This document shows, one piece after another, positions 12,691 through 24,567 of a stretch of 64,000 nucleotides of DNA. The notes under the pieces are model-generated. The model ran no database searches. It was given only the letters and a program-made list of their open reading frames with translations, and was not told where the DNA came from. Origin of the DNA: Amphiscolops sp. MND2022 (taxonomy: Eukaryota); NCBI GenBank assembly GCA_964187785.1, contig OZ076409.1, forward strand, positions 80,912,001 through 80,976,000, given 5' to 3'. The translations under genes were made by a program, and so were the position numbers. Position 1 is the first letter of the stretch. Every line of letters begins with the position of its first letter.

Positions 12691-13921
12691 ATCGAAAATG
12701 AAGAAAACGTTGAGAGTATTTTCAGGATTGCTGAGCAGCAAGGTGGTCTGCCGTGGAGGAGGAGGGGGATTCTTCCTATTCTAGTTGTTTCTGTGATCAA
12801 CTGGGTGGGTAGTTTCCCAATGCAGCCACTTGTTGTTCGGGGTCCTGAGGCAAACAACCTCTGTAATTTGACTGGGAAGGCAAAGTTAGCGTGGAACGAA
12901 GGCGCAACATTGTTTTCCTCGTTCAAGGCAGCAGCAAAAGCCACTGTTCATCGTTGGAGTGTAGGCACTGATAATCCTGGCTTCAAGGGTTGTTTTCCTT
13001 TGAACTGCCCGACAAGTTTATCTGTTGTCTCGCTCCGGAATACATTAAAATTCGTTCCAAGGCTCTTTTAGCTACCAAAGGCCCTTGGTTCACTTGTGCT
13101 CATATTGAATGGGGAGGAAGTGAAAGTATTGCGAAATTGGAATCCGGTCGCAAGATATGGATTTTTGCGTCCACTATTGCCTCTTCTCAGTTCCTTATGA
13201 GCGTACAATCTTTCAATCATTTGTACAGACTATTAGTTGAGCCAAAAACGTTTTACAGCAGGAGAGAACGAAAGTTGATACGGGATTTGCGGTATCACTT
13301 GGCTGAGCCCGGAGACGTCATCATTCAACCTCCTTGCTATGCTCAATGTGTACTCACTGGGCGTTCTTTGAATACAGATGGGACCGTCCGATTGGCTCTT
13401 GTGCATGGCTGGGAGGGTATTAATGTTAACGATCAAGAGCTAATCGTGTTTTTGGACAATGCAGCAGTGGCGCTGGTAAAGGTTTCATCAGGCAGTGGCT
13501 TGATCGCTATGGGTTGGATCAGCTGGTGAAACTTCTTGAGGTTAGGGAAAGGAGAGCTGCTTTGCAACAATGGAAGGCTGCTCAGTTCCTTAGGCTTGAG
13601 AATCCACTGGTTTGTTCAGTCGATAGTGAAGGGCCAACTGTGTGATCTTTCCTTTATCGGCGCGATGTTTCGGAACATTGTGAGGTCTTTCAAGCTGTTG
13701 GCTACGATTTGAACAAGTTTCTTCGTAATAGCAATCCACGAAATCATTACAAATCTCGTAAAAAGAACAGACGATTAGCTAACTTTGGGAAGGCTGCTAA
13801 GGATGCAATGAATGCTCCGAATTTGACTCCATTGAGTAAAGTAGAACTCCTGGAGTATCCTTTGTCTGTCTTCCCAAGGGTTTTTGAGCTCTCCGTACTC
13901 AGTGAAAGTTTCGCCAACTGA
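12691..13921 (+). pseudogene. JmjC-domain (2OG/Fe dioxygenase, histone-demethylase-like) ORF antisense within BEL-1; frameshifted
   Basis: ORF 12990-13529 contains FTCAHIEWGGSESIAKLESGRKIWIF and AEPGDVIIQPPCYAQCVLT...ALVHGWE. Adjacent fragments 12691-13000 and 13440-13921 continue via frameshifts. AATAAA cluster near 14280. Confidence 0.72.
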
Positions 13922-15019
13922 TGCAAGACACCAAAATTTCTTATACATTCCAGAAATAATATATTGCATACAAACTGATGATAGGAATATCGTAAATCAC
14001 GTATCCAGGGATTGTTTGCCAATTTATGTGACAAATACTTTCTGTAAAATTGAGAAATACTTGAAAAATGACGAAATCTTCAAATCTTATCATCAAATTT
14101 CTTGAGGTAATCTCTGAGCCCGAGCTGACTGTTGCCCCATATGAACAGAACAACAGAAAATGCCAATGAGTGAGGTTTGTAACTGGTTCTCTGTTGATTA
14201 GTTTTGTGTCTGTATCTTCTCTGTTATATAATTTATCAGCTAAATCTGTGGTGAATTCGAGTATGTTTATTTGTCACTAAAATAAAATAAATGACAAAAA
14301 GAGAAAATCGCGCTCCAAGAAGTTGTAGGCAAGAGTATTAGGAGTCGAATAAACCGTTCTATACGGCTGGTGTAGTGTCGAGCGTATTTTGGCACTAGAA
14401 AAACATCACATCAATCGAACCAACTAGATGTGAGAATTTTCAACATAAAGAAAAATGGTTATTTTCGCAGTAAATTGAAATTGTAACTCCAAGGCGTTGA
14501 TAACAGAGCTATATTGGCCCTCTTGAATATCCATAGGCTAATTTCGCTAGCGTCACTAAGTTTTGGCACTGGAAAGACAGTCGGCATTCAATAACAAAGT
14601 TGTGGAAAATGAGTGTAAATCAATAAAATAAGGGAGAAAATCTCAAATTGTATTTTTAGTGGATTCATAATTGCTCTAGGCTAGCCTTGGAATATACACA
14701 AACAAGGGTTGAGAGATCCAGAAGTATGCAGTGGATTGTGACTAAGAAAGTAACGAAAATCTTGAAGTTAACAAGTGTAAGAACAGACACTATCAGAGTA
14801 AGATGATTTTTTCGCACTTTAGGGGCGATATTGGAAATTCTGCTTCCAAGGCGTTATGGAGGCAACATCCCCGAAGCGATTGGTGCATTTTATAGGTCGA
14901 TGCCATGGGTCATCAATTTTTGGCATTAGTTTTGTCATCCCAAAATCGTCAGAGTTTTCGAGTTCCAGAAAAATAAATATTTTGACAAAATGTTTTTCTT
15001 TCTAATTGAGCTGCGAGTG

Positions 15020-18000
15020 ATTTGCTGGCAATAAAGGATCAACGGGAAGCTTACGAAGCTTTACAACAGGTCGTACTAACATTCCTGCAACCGTGATTAC
15101 TTTGGCAACACGATTGACACTGTCATTTCCTGAGTACAACTCGGTGATCATGCCTAGTTTCTATTGTAAAGGTCGTTGATTATCCTCTGCAATCAAACCC
15201 AGGTCTCCAACTGCAAATGTTGGTCCATTGGAAAGCCATTTTTTGCGTATTTGCAGGGTGACCAGATAGTCGCGATGCCACGATTTCCAGAAAGAAAACT
15301 TCATCTTCTCAAGCAATCGATGTCTCGTTTTAATGTGAAGATTGTCATCGTCAACACTGTGGTTCGACTCCGGTATGTCATTCATTGATCTTCCCAGAAG
15401 AAAATGAGCAGGTGTGAGTGGTCTCAAAATCGTTTGGGTCGTTTGACATCGAAGTGATTGGCCGAGAATTCAGAATCGCCTCAATTTGGATGAGGTATGT
15501 ATTGAGTTCTTCGAATGACAGAATCTGGGTACCAACACTGCGTCTCAGATGTCGCTTCATGGACTTCACAGCCGCTTCCCAGAGGCCTCCAAAATGAGGT
15601 GCACGAGGAGGTATTGTCACCCATTGAATGCCTTTTTGAATGACGAAGTCTGTGACAGAATTGGCGCCCGAATCCTTGCTGAGAATGCCTCTGACTTTCA
15701 TCAAATCATTTCTAGCTCCAATGAAGTTCGAAGTTTAGTCGTGGTGGAATCTTCTTTGTGTACGCAATGATGGGGCAAGAAGTTCACTTCAGAGTCTTTT
15801 TTGACGAGTTCCTCGTTAGGTACTGCTTCAAGATGATTCAAGTCTTGGAACTCATGAATGAAATCTGAATAACTTTTCTTCAAAGCAGGATTAGCTTCAA
15901 GACGCTTCTCCAGATAAAGAAATCTTCTTTTAGCCTGGACGAAAGTATCACCTAAAAGTGTAGCATCAGACTTGAACGGCATTCCGACAACAAATCTGTT
16001 GTTTTGCACAATGGTAGTTTCTTGGTAGTGTTTTTCACAAGCTATTTCTTCAGCAGTATTCTTATTGGCGATTGGTACTTCTTCCAATCCCCAAAACTTT
16101 TTCAGATCAAAATTGTCATTGATACAGAGTGAAGTATTTGCAATTGTGCAACTTTGATTCGGTTGCTTTCCTGAAACAATCCAACCGAAAACTGTTACGG
16201 AAATGCAATCCATTGGTTTCCGTGAATTTTCCGTCTAAAATGATTTCTTCTGCTACATCTGATCCCAAGATTAATTCTATTGCACTGGAGACATTAAAAG
16301 AAGGATCCGCTAATTTAACAGTTCGCATATGAAACTGTGATTCAACGTCAAATGAGCGATTTGGTAGGAGTTGTGTCAGGCTAGGAAGAATAAATGCATG
16401 GACTTTTATGACTTTCATTCCATTTTTTGGTTTGAGACACAAATTCACACTTCCCGAGTTATCGGTTTCAGAAACATTCCCAATACCGTTAACTGTAAGT
16501 GATCGTTTCTGTCGTTTTAAATGCATTCGTTGCACTGCTGATTCAGAAATTAGACTGAGCTGGGAGCAACTGTCAATCGAAGCTCGGCAAATCGTTATAT
16601 TGGAGGAATCATCCTCACTTGGTACCAAAGCTGTTGGTATGATGCCAGAAGCCGAAAAGGTAAGTGCTTGGTTCGCTATAACTGATCCTGAAACTTCCCC
16701 AATTTGAGATGAATCTGTGCGAAGTAATGAATTATGTTTACCTTGACACTTTTTGCAAGTATGTTTCGATTTGCAGTCTTCCGTTAAGTGCCCAGGGCAT
16801 AAACAATTGAAACATAGTTTGGACGAATAGACTAGATTTCTGTCTTTAATGTTGAGTGAAGCGAACTTCTTGCAAGCAAAGATTTTGTGGTTTTCTGAAC
16901 AGCAATGACATCCCTCAGATGTAGTCTTGTAGTTTTGAGAAATCTGCGATTCAATCTCTTGATTTCTTCCGAATTTGTTGTAATTGGTAGGTTGATTAAC
17001 TTTACGAGTGGTTGTAACTGAACTCGAAGCCTCTAAAGCATGAACACGTTTGTTTATGAAATCTCGCAATTGCTGAAGTGTTTGCAACTTTTTTCCAGGA
17101 TAATCTAGTTCCCACTGGCGTCTAGATTCCTGATCCAGAAGCCGAAAAGGTAAGTGCTTGGTTCGCTATAACTGATCCTGAAACTTCCCCAATTTGAGAA
17201 GAATCTGTGTGAAGTAATGAATTATGTTTACCTTGACACTTTTTGCAAGTATGTTTCGATTTGCAGTCTTCCGTTAAGTGCCCAGAGCATAAACAATTGA
17301 AACATAGTTTGGACGAAAAGACTAGATTTTTTCTGTCTTTAATGTTGAGTGAAGCGAACTTCTTGCAAGCAAAGATTTTGTGGTTTTCTGAACAGCAATG
17401 ACATCTCTCAGATGTAGTCTTGTAGTTTTGAGAAATCTGCGATTCAATCTTTTGATTTCTTCCGAATTTGTTGTAATTGGTAGATTGATTAACTCTACGA
17501 GTGGTTGTAACTGAACTCGAAGCCTCTAAAGCTCGAACACGTTTGTTTATGACATCTCGCAATTGCTGAAGTGTTTGCAACTTTTTTCCAGGACAATCTA
17601 GTTCCCACTGGCGTCTAGATTCCTGATCTAGCTTCTCGGATAAAATTCGTACCCAAATGAAGTCACTATTTTTCGTGTTTACTTTAAGCGCTTCAATTGC
17701 CATTAAATTTTCTTCAAAACTTACGAGAAGTTGTCGAAGTTGTGAAGCTGACTCACCACTCAAAGGCTGCAACTGAAGTATTGCGTCTAAATGGGAATTG
17801 ACTATCAGTCGCTCGTTATCGTAACGGTCCATCAAGGATTTCAAAGCAATTTTGTAATTGGAGTTGGATAATGGCAAGTTCGAAACTAATTGTAGACCTT
17901 CACCACTGAGAGCTGCTTTGAGATAGTTGAACTTCTGAATATCTGCAATTGTTGTGCTGCTATCCACTGAACTGTTCGTAAAATGGAGTCCAGTCTTTGT

Positions 18001-18445
18001 AGTGACCTTTGAATTTCGGAAGATCAAATTTGGGCATTTTCAAATTTCCTGTTGTAGAAGAGCTGGATATAGGTGATGCATTGATTGCAGCTGTCACAGC
18101 AGAATCAGAAACTTCAAATTGTTCCAAAAAGCTGCTAATTCGTTCAAGTTGTGTTCCGATTTTGTTCTCGAAATCTTCAGCGTCTTCAATTTCCTTTTCC
18201 AGATCTGAATCTGTATCTGGAGTACCTTCTAATGCTGCAGAATTTAGAGCGCCTGCATCTTCGAATCTTTTTTCCAATTGTCTTTCAATTGTACGAAGAT
18301 AGCTGAGGTCATCAGCCGTAATATCTTCTTTAGCTTTATCCAAATAGGGTCTAAGCTTGGTTTCTAATTTGGTGGTCACACCAAGAATTGCTGAGCGGGA
18401 ACGTTTCAACTGTTCAAGCGTCTTCCTCTCGTAGGTTGACGACAT
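15020..18445 (-). pseudogene. BEL-1 gag-protease-(deleted RT/RH)-integrase polyprotein, disrupted
   Basis: LPKFKGHYKDW gag motif, triple Cys-His knuckle (duplicated), RASIDSCSQLSLI protease, [34 protein letters not shown] and LNSRP integrase motifs. Confidence 0.92.
16645..17627. repeat. ~490-bp tandem duplication of the BEL-1 nucleocapsid region
   Basis: 16645-17134 matches 17135-17627 with about a dozen differences. Confidence 0.93.
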
Positions 18446-18483
18446 GCTGCTTCGCTGATTTTTCCCGGGTCGATAGGTACCAA

Positions 18484-18736
18484 TGTTGCTTGTGTTGATA
18501 GCTTGATTTTATTGTGGGAGAGCAAGAGATTATTATCAAAACAATCTTTTTTAGAACTGAAATGTTTTCTATTCAGAAGCAGCTGAATTGATTTAATCAA
18601 CAACAAAAAAGTGAGTAATAGCATAAACATGTGAACAAATCATGATTCAATTTGAAAGCTGACGTGTACATGAAATATGATTAACATGCTCGAAATCATC
18701 GTTTAAAATTGGAAACGTATTTTTGTAGCTTCAACA
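18484..18736 (-). repeat. 5' LTR of BEL-1
   Basis: Direct repeat of 12417-12672; PBS adjacent at ~18465-18483; followed by TSD ccatg. Confidence 0.95.
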
Positions 18737-20057
18737 CCATGGATGCCATAAAGCAATTCAATTTTTTTCGGAGCTGTTTTCGCAATATTGATAAGTGATG
18801 ATAGTGGAAATTGAAATCAAAGTTTTTAGGGGGCTTTTTTTAAGCAGCAAGCTTCATGTTTAAGGACGGCCGCCATGACCCTACCCGTCGGCCGAATACA
18901 AATGGGGGGCATATCCTCGCGCACCTAGAAATTCAAATAACAGTACTTGCTCATTTTCTGGGAAAGGGAACTAGAATTTTCAAGGAATACTCTACGCAAC
19001 TTAAGGAGGTTCGGAACAGGTCTACACTTCTTGACGATCACTCAAGTTTCAACTTTACATAGACTTAGTGGTAAAGTTATATCGGAAAATCACCGAACGA
19101 AAGTCAGATCTTCAGCCCTTGGATAGAACTTTATCACGAATTGAATCTTACCAATAGAGGATCAATGGGCTTCTGCTCAGAGTTTGTGCAGTTGACTATT
19201 TTGTGAACGCGAGGAGCTCCTGCATTGTCACTTTTTTTCTGTTGTTCAACTTTTTTCGGGTTCAAAGAGAACTGCAAATAAAACTGCAGGATAACACAAA
19301 CACTACTCAAACATATCACAACAGTACCAAGACAACGAAGGGTTTTGAGTTTTTTCACAGACAACACAACCATTTACCTGAAACGAGTTATCCATAAAGC
19401 TTTTCTTACACAGGAGATACAAGATTGTTTTCCTTCTCTTAAAAGACAGAGATCGTCACTAATATAAGGGTCTAGATTACAATCGGGTTACAAGTTAATA
19501 ATTGCAATTAATTGTTCTAAAAATGAACGATCAATACAATAATTGAAAATTGGACATACCAACCAAAATGTGAGGCAATTATGATAAGAGCAATAAATGA
19601 CTCCACCGAACTTGTGGCACAAATCAAAGGCTGTCACGCTGTATACGCCGTGGGAGACATCAACTTCGATAACACTATATATAGAATCTACACAACCCCT
19701 AAATTGCGGGTTAATCTAACAATTATGTTTTAGGCACTTGGTATCGATAACACTGTAACTTACCAACACTTGATATCGGAAAATGCTTTCCCATTAGCAG
19801 TGGACCGGTCAAAAGGAACAATCGCCGTCCAAAAGGAACGGTCACTGTCCAAAAAGAAACGGCCAAAAAGAACCGTCACCGTCCAAAGTGAACAGTTCAA
19901 TAGTACAGTTTGGAAAAATAATCCTGCCCTTTGGGACAAAAATCTGGTACAAATAGTGTTGATTTCTTATCATTTATTCGTTATCAAATCAACCTTCATA
20001 CGAATCAGTTGTCTTTTGTTATCTGACCCCCCAAATTGGTGACCCCTCGTGATGGAT

Positions 20058-20950
20058 GGGTGGGCGGAAATAGGTCGAAGGAACGGGATCGAAAATCAGA
20101 GTTAGTCCTCAGGTCGACATACCAAATTTTTGAATGGGATCGAAACAACTCGGATCGAAATTTTTATAACGTAGTCAGATATGTTCACATACCCCTAGTG
20201 CCCTGAATGCAGGAGCGAAGCGGAGCGACGTGCCATATGGCCATGCCTCAATGTTGCTACTTGGCGAAGGGAGCGAAGCGACCGAGCCATACAACATACA
20301 CGATAAAATTCGACCGCATTCCATTCGATCCCAGCAATTCGATCAAAAGGTTCGACCTCTGGGTTACCAGTCACTTGGCTTAATACCATTTGGCTTAACT
20401 TTTTCGTCGAGTCATTCGGCTTGAAAATTTTAAGCCAAGTGACCACAAAAATAAGCCAACTCCATTCCAACTCAAGGATAAAAGATGTCAACTCCCGGAA
20501 ATATCATAATGTGTGGCATATGCGGTGTTGCACGCTCGCCCTCACCATCGCAAAGACCAGCTCCCACTACGATCGCTTCGCGATCTTCGTTCCCGCTAGG
20601 TCTTTGCTCCTGTTCGACCTCGCTTAGCAAGATGGGAATATAAGCGGCCCCAAGGGGGCGCAGGGCACTAGAGGAAATGGGGACATATCCGAGGGGTACT
20701 TGATATGACATGTTATAATAATACGCTGACTACGTTATAAAGATAAATTCGACAAAATCTGCCACGTGTTTTCAACTAAGTTGTTTTAAATCAAATGACT
20801 TTAAGCCAAGTGACCAATACCCGAGACACTTAGCTTAAAAAAATTAAGCCAAGTGACCAATTGTTTTAAGCCAAATGGCATTAAGCCAAGTGACCATTTA
20901 CCGACCTCTGTCCTTTCGACCAGAAAAATTCGACCTATTTACAGCCACCC
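20058..20950 (+). mobile_element. MITE family A (Mutator-like, ~350 bp) with nested MITE
   Basis: Termini gggtgggcggaaataggtcgaa/ttcgacctatttacagccaccc; perfect 9-bp TSD gtgatggat; four copies in window. Confidence 0.9.
20362..20902. mobile_element. MITE B (GG...CC termini, 8-bp TSD; Merlin- or MULE-like) nested in MITE A
   Basis: Imperfect ~35-bp TIR containing gtcacttggcttaa; TSD gacctctg (20354-20361, 20903-20910). Confidence 0.85.
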
Positions 20951-21551
20951 GTGATGGATGATCGAACACAATAGGAAGACTTTACAGCTGCTTAAAATCA
21001 TTAATCTAGCGATGGCAGCGGTGATCGCACAAACAATTCTCAAGTGGGGGAGAATAATCAAACCTCAATATTCTATAGACGCAACTCGCAAGTTTGGTTC
21101 AGACAACTCGAGTCCCAATTTGCACTGGCCAATATCACCAGCTCCCAAACAAAGTTTCACCGTGTCATGGGCCCATTACCGGAGGACGTTGCAATCAACC
21201 TCCCCCTGGACATTAGTTCTTACGAATCCCCATATATATATCCATGTAAGGAAAGAATACATTATAAAAAAAAGATTATAGCCAAACAAAACCATGCAAA
21301 ATATACAAATAGCTATTTGTGTTCTCGCTGAAGCTCTTTGACCCTTTGGTCAGCAATTCAATAAAAGAAAATGGCGGACCACTATGGCATTCCAGAGAAC
21401 AAAGGAAGATTCTTTAGCAAGCGCTGTTCAACAGTCTTAGATTGCTAGAAAGTGAATGCAGTGAGGAAAAGTATTTGACCAGATAAACAGATGACCAGAT
21501 GAAAAACAACCTGATGACCAGATGATGGGGTAGAAAGTAACCAGACGACCA

Positions 21552-21806
21552 GAAATTGATTTTTTGAGCTCAGAAAAATGCGAAACGTCGGAATTGATTT
21601 TTTGAACTCGGAAAAAAAGCGAAAAACGTCGGAATTGATTTTTTGAACTCGGAAAAAAGCGAAAAACGTCGGAATTGATTTTTTGAACTCGGAAAAAAAC
21701 GAAAAACGTCGGAATTGATTTTTTGAACTCGGAAAAAAGCGGAAAACGTCGGAATTGATTTTTTGAACTCGGAAAAAAGCGAAAAACGTCGGAATTGATT
21801 TTTTTG
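21552..21806. repeat. 40-bp minisatellite (~6 units) in MULE subterminal region
   Basis: Unit aaacgtcggaattgattttttgaactcggaaaaaagcgaa repeated in tandem. Confidence 0.95.
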
Positions 21807-21958
21807 AGTTTGAGATTATCTGAAAACGTTCGGAAATGGCTGAAAACAAACAAAATAGATGAGAAAATTTTTTAACATCTTGCTTGGTTATTTAACATTG
21901 CGAATTATGTAACTATCAGTGTAACTGTTATCAGAAGTTGAAATACACGCCAAAAATT

Positions 21959-24567
21959 TTATCCGCGTAGGTCAGCCGATAGATCTTCAATTCCAGACGG
22001 GGCTCCCCCTAAAATTTCTTTGAGTTCATTTTGGGAGTAGGCAATTTGATGAATAACAGGAGATGTCGGATGAAGATTGCATATGAATAGAAGCACAAAA
22101 ATAATATGACGGCAGACAGCTTTTGGTTTTTTGACGCGAAAAGTACAATTACAATGAGGAATGCTTGATATTTTCACACAAACTTTGTCCCGTTCACCTC
22201 GCATATTTATTGCGATGAGGTTAATTTCGGGTGGCTGTAAATAGGTCGAGATTTTCTGGTCGAAAGGACTGAGGTCGAACCTTTTGATCGAATTACAGGG
22301 ATCGAATGGAATGCGGTCGAATTTTATCGTATTTGTTGTATGGCTCGGTCGCTTCGCTCCCTTCGCCAAGTAGCAACATTGAGGCATGGCCATATGGCAC
22401 GTCGCTCCGCTTCGCTTCGCTCCTGCATTCAGGGCACTAGGGGTATGTGAACATATCTGACTAAGTTACAAAAGTTTCGATCCGAGTTGTTTCGATCCCA
22501 TTCAAAAATTTGGTATTGTCGACCTGAGGACTAACTCTGATTTTCGATCCCGTTCCTTCGACCTATTTCCGCCCACCCGTTATTTTCTTTTGTATAGGAA
22601 GTAATTAAATATTTCATGCCAGTCTCTGGAGGAAAAACATGACTTAAGGACTCTTTAAAAGAGTTTGACTGAGTTGATCTGTAAGGATAACCAAAAGGAC
22701 GGGAATCACTTCCAATGGATTGCTCCGAATTTTTCAGCTTGTCAATCCGTGACGTTCGCCTGGGGTCTGTTTTTTGAGTATAGCTATCGAACGTTGCTAG
22801 AACATCTGAGGGTTCGGCACGGAGGCTTTCTAGGATCTGATTTGTAACCGTAGATGTTTGCGATCGTTCTTCTGCAAGCTCTCTTTGATGAGTTTGATGA
22901 TCTGAAGGACCTGTTGTGTTTATTGGATGACCACGAAGAATTAAACGATATTGAGCATTTAATTTTGCAGATTCCACACAGTCACGGACAACTGAATCAA
23001 ACAAAGTGAGTCGTTTATTTCCACCTGCTTGACTAGACCAATTGGATGTTTCCGCCAAACTTGCAGATTGAATACTACGACTGTTTTTCAAAAAACACTT
23101 GACAATTTTATGTCTCACGTTATTGTAAGAACCAACAAAAGTGTCTACCATCTGGTATTTATCTCTCAATGACTGGAACTCTAAAAGTATGTTTTGATAA
23201 GCTAAAGGCGTAACAGCGTCAAGAAATTGAGAACATAAAGCCTTGAAATATCGATTATCGCTTTCGTCTGTAACATATCGTGACACTGCATTCTCTTGCT
23301 TACGAAAATGGAATAAACAACTTTGAACTTCGTTTTTTTTTCTTCTTACCGTAAAACATTTCCACTCCAAACTCGATTGCGCCGGCTTCGTCAGATACAA
23401 TAGGACCATGTGGAGCAAACCTAGATCCAGTTTTTTGAAGTGTCATCACATCAACAGCTTGTAACAAAAGTCGTATAACATATGAACTTTCCGTCATGCC
23501 TGGCGCTTTGATTTTTGCAAGCCATAGAACTTTTTTCAATACTGGGTGATACGTGACTAATTTTACTTCACAACCTTTGTCCCTCAGAGTTTTTTCACAA
23601 CCATCAATGTATAGACAGCTGTTGGACAAAAGATTCACAGGATCAGACATTCGGCCGGCAGTTTCCACTCTGACACTACTACTGGTAATAACATATCCGT
23701 CTTTTGCTTCCCATATCAAAAATTCGTCTTCTTCGCCAAGGTTTGTTTTGAATTCTTCAATTTGAGAAAAAGTTGTGTCTTTCGAGGCGGACTTCAAACG
23801 CGACAAGTTGGTCAGCTCAAGATTTTCTGCTCGGCTTGTTGCCGCTTCAAAACCTTCGTTTTGTAAAATGCTCGATAAAAAATTGCTTGCTGCTTGTGAA
23901 GGTTTTAATTGAGGATCTTCTTGAAATCTTTTTGTAAAATAATCATGATCAGACGTGCTCAATCGTTTTTGTGGTTTCTTTTTGGTCGGGTCACACTCGT
24001 GTGCACCATAATGAGCAACTATGGTGTACGATTCTCTTCGAGCAACATATCTCCGAGCCGTGCAATTTTTGAAGACAACTGGTTGATCACAAAATCGACA
24101 TAGGTTTCCTCGAGTCGGTGAAGTTGTATTAGGTTTGGAAAACTCTTTCTTGTAACTGCATTCCAAATTCGGACAAAAGTGACTGCCGAGGCAATGTTGG
24201 TAGTAACATTTTTTACTTCCAATTGATCTCTCATCGATTATGAGTTGTTTCATAGAACCAGTCTTTATCGAGACCATCTCCATTGATCATCTAAAAGAGC
24301 GCCTGCTGGTAATTGATGAATTTTGTTGTCATTCAAATCATATGGAAGTTTGTTGAGAATTTCCACACTGGTTTCTTTCCAAAACGAGGCGGGCACAAAC
24401 ACTCTTCCCGCGGAATCAGCTTTCACTTTATTTGACGCACCAGCCACTATAGTCTCGTCATTTTCTTCGTCAGAATTTTCAGCATCAGAGTTGACAAACG
24501 ATGTTAACTCAATGGGCGAGCTACTGCGTGGTGGATCAAAATTTGACAGCCTTGAATCATTCATACC
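21959..24567 (-). pseudogene. MULE transposase (GCM/WRKY-like Zn domain, DDE core, SWIM finger), disrupted
   Basis: CLGSHFCPNLEC..CRFC..CTARR..HYGAHEC; YIDG, VSDEAGA, CLFHF; SWIM PHCNCT..VCRHIIFVL. Frameshifts and a MITE insertion; acceptor-like tttcag near 24567. Confidence 0.8.
22229..22578 (-). mobile_element. MITE family A copy interrupting the MULE transposase
   Basis: Reverse copy of family A; 9-bp TSD gttaatttc/gttattttc. Confidence 0.9.

Larger units (their letters stand above)
12417..18736 (-). mobile_element. BEL/Pao LTR retrotransposon (BEL-1), internally deleted, carrying antisense JmjC-like gene
   Basis: LTRs 12417-12672 and 18484-18736 (TG...CA, 2 substitutions + one 3-bp indel), TSD ccatg on both sides, PBS tggtacctatcgacccggg next to the right LTR, PPT next to the left LTR, BEL-type gag/PR/IN motifs. 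Confidence 0.95.
20034..21230 (+). pseudogene. Gypsy-type relic (PBS plus gag N-terminus), interrupted by MITEs
   Basis: tggtgacccc PBS-like motif at 20037-20046; WFRQLESQFALANITSSQTKF..LPEDVA gag N-terminal motif at 21044-21230. Confidence 0.6.

Noticed and set aside
21437..21853. 134-138 aa repetitive ORFs
   Set aside because: Translation artefacts of the 40-bp minisatellite.
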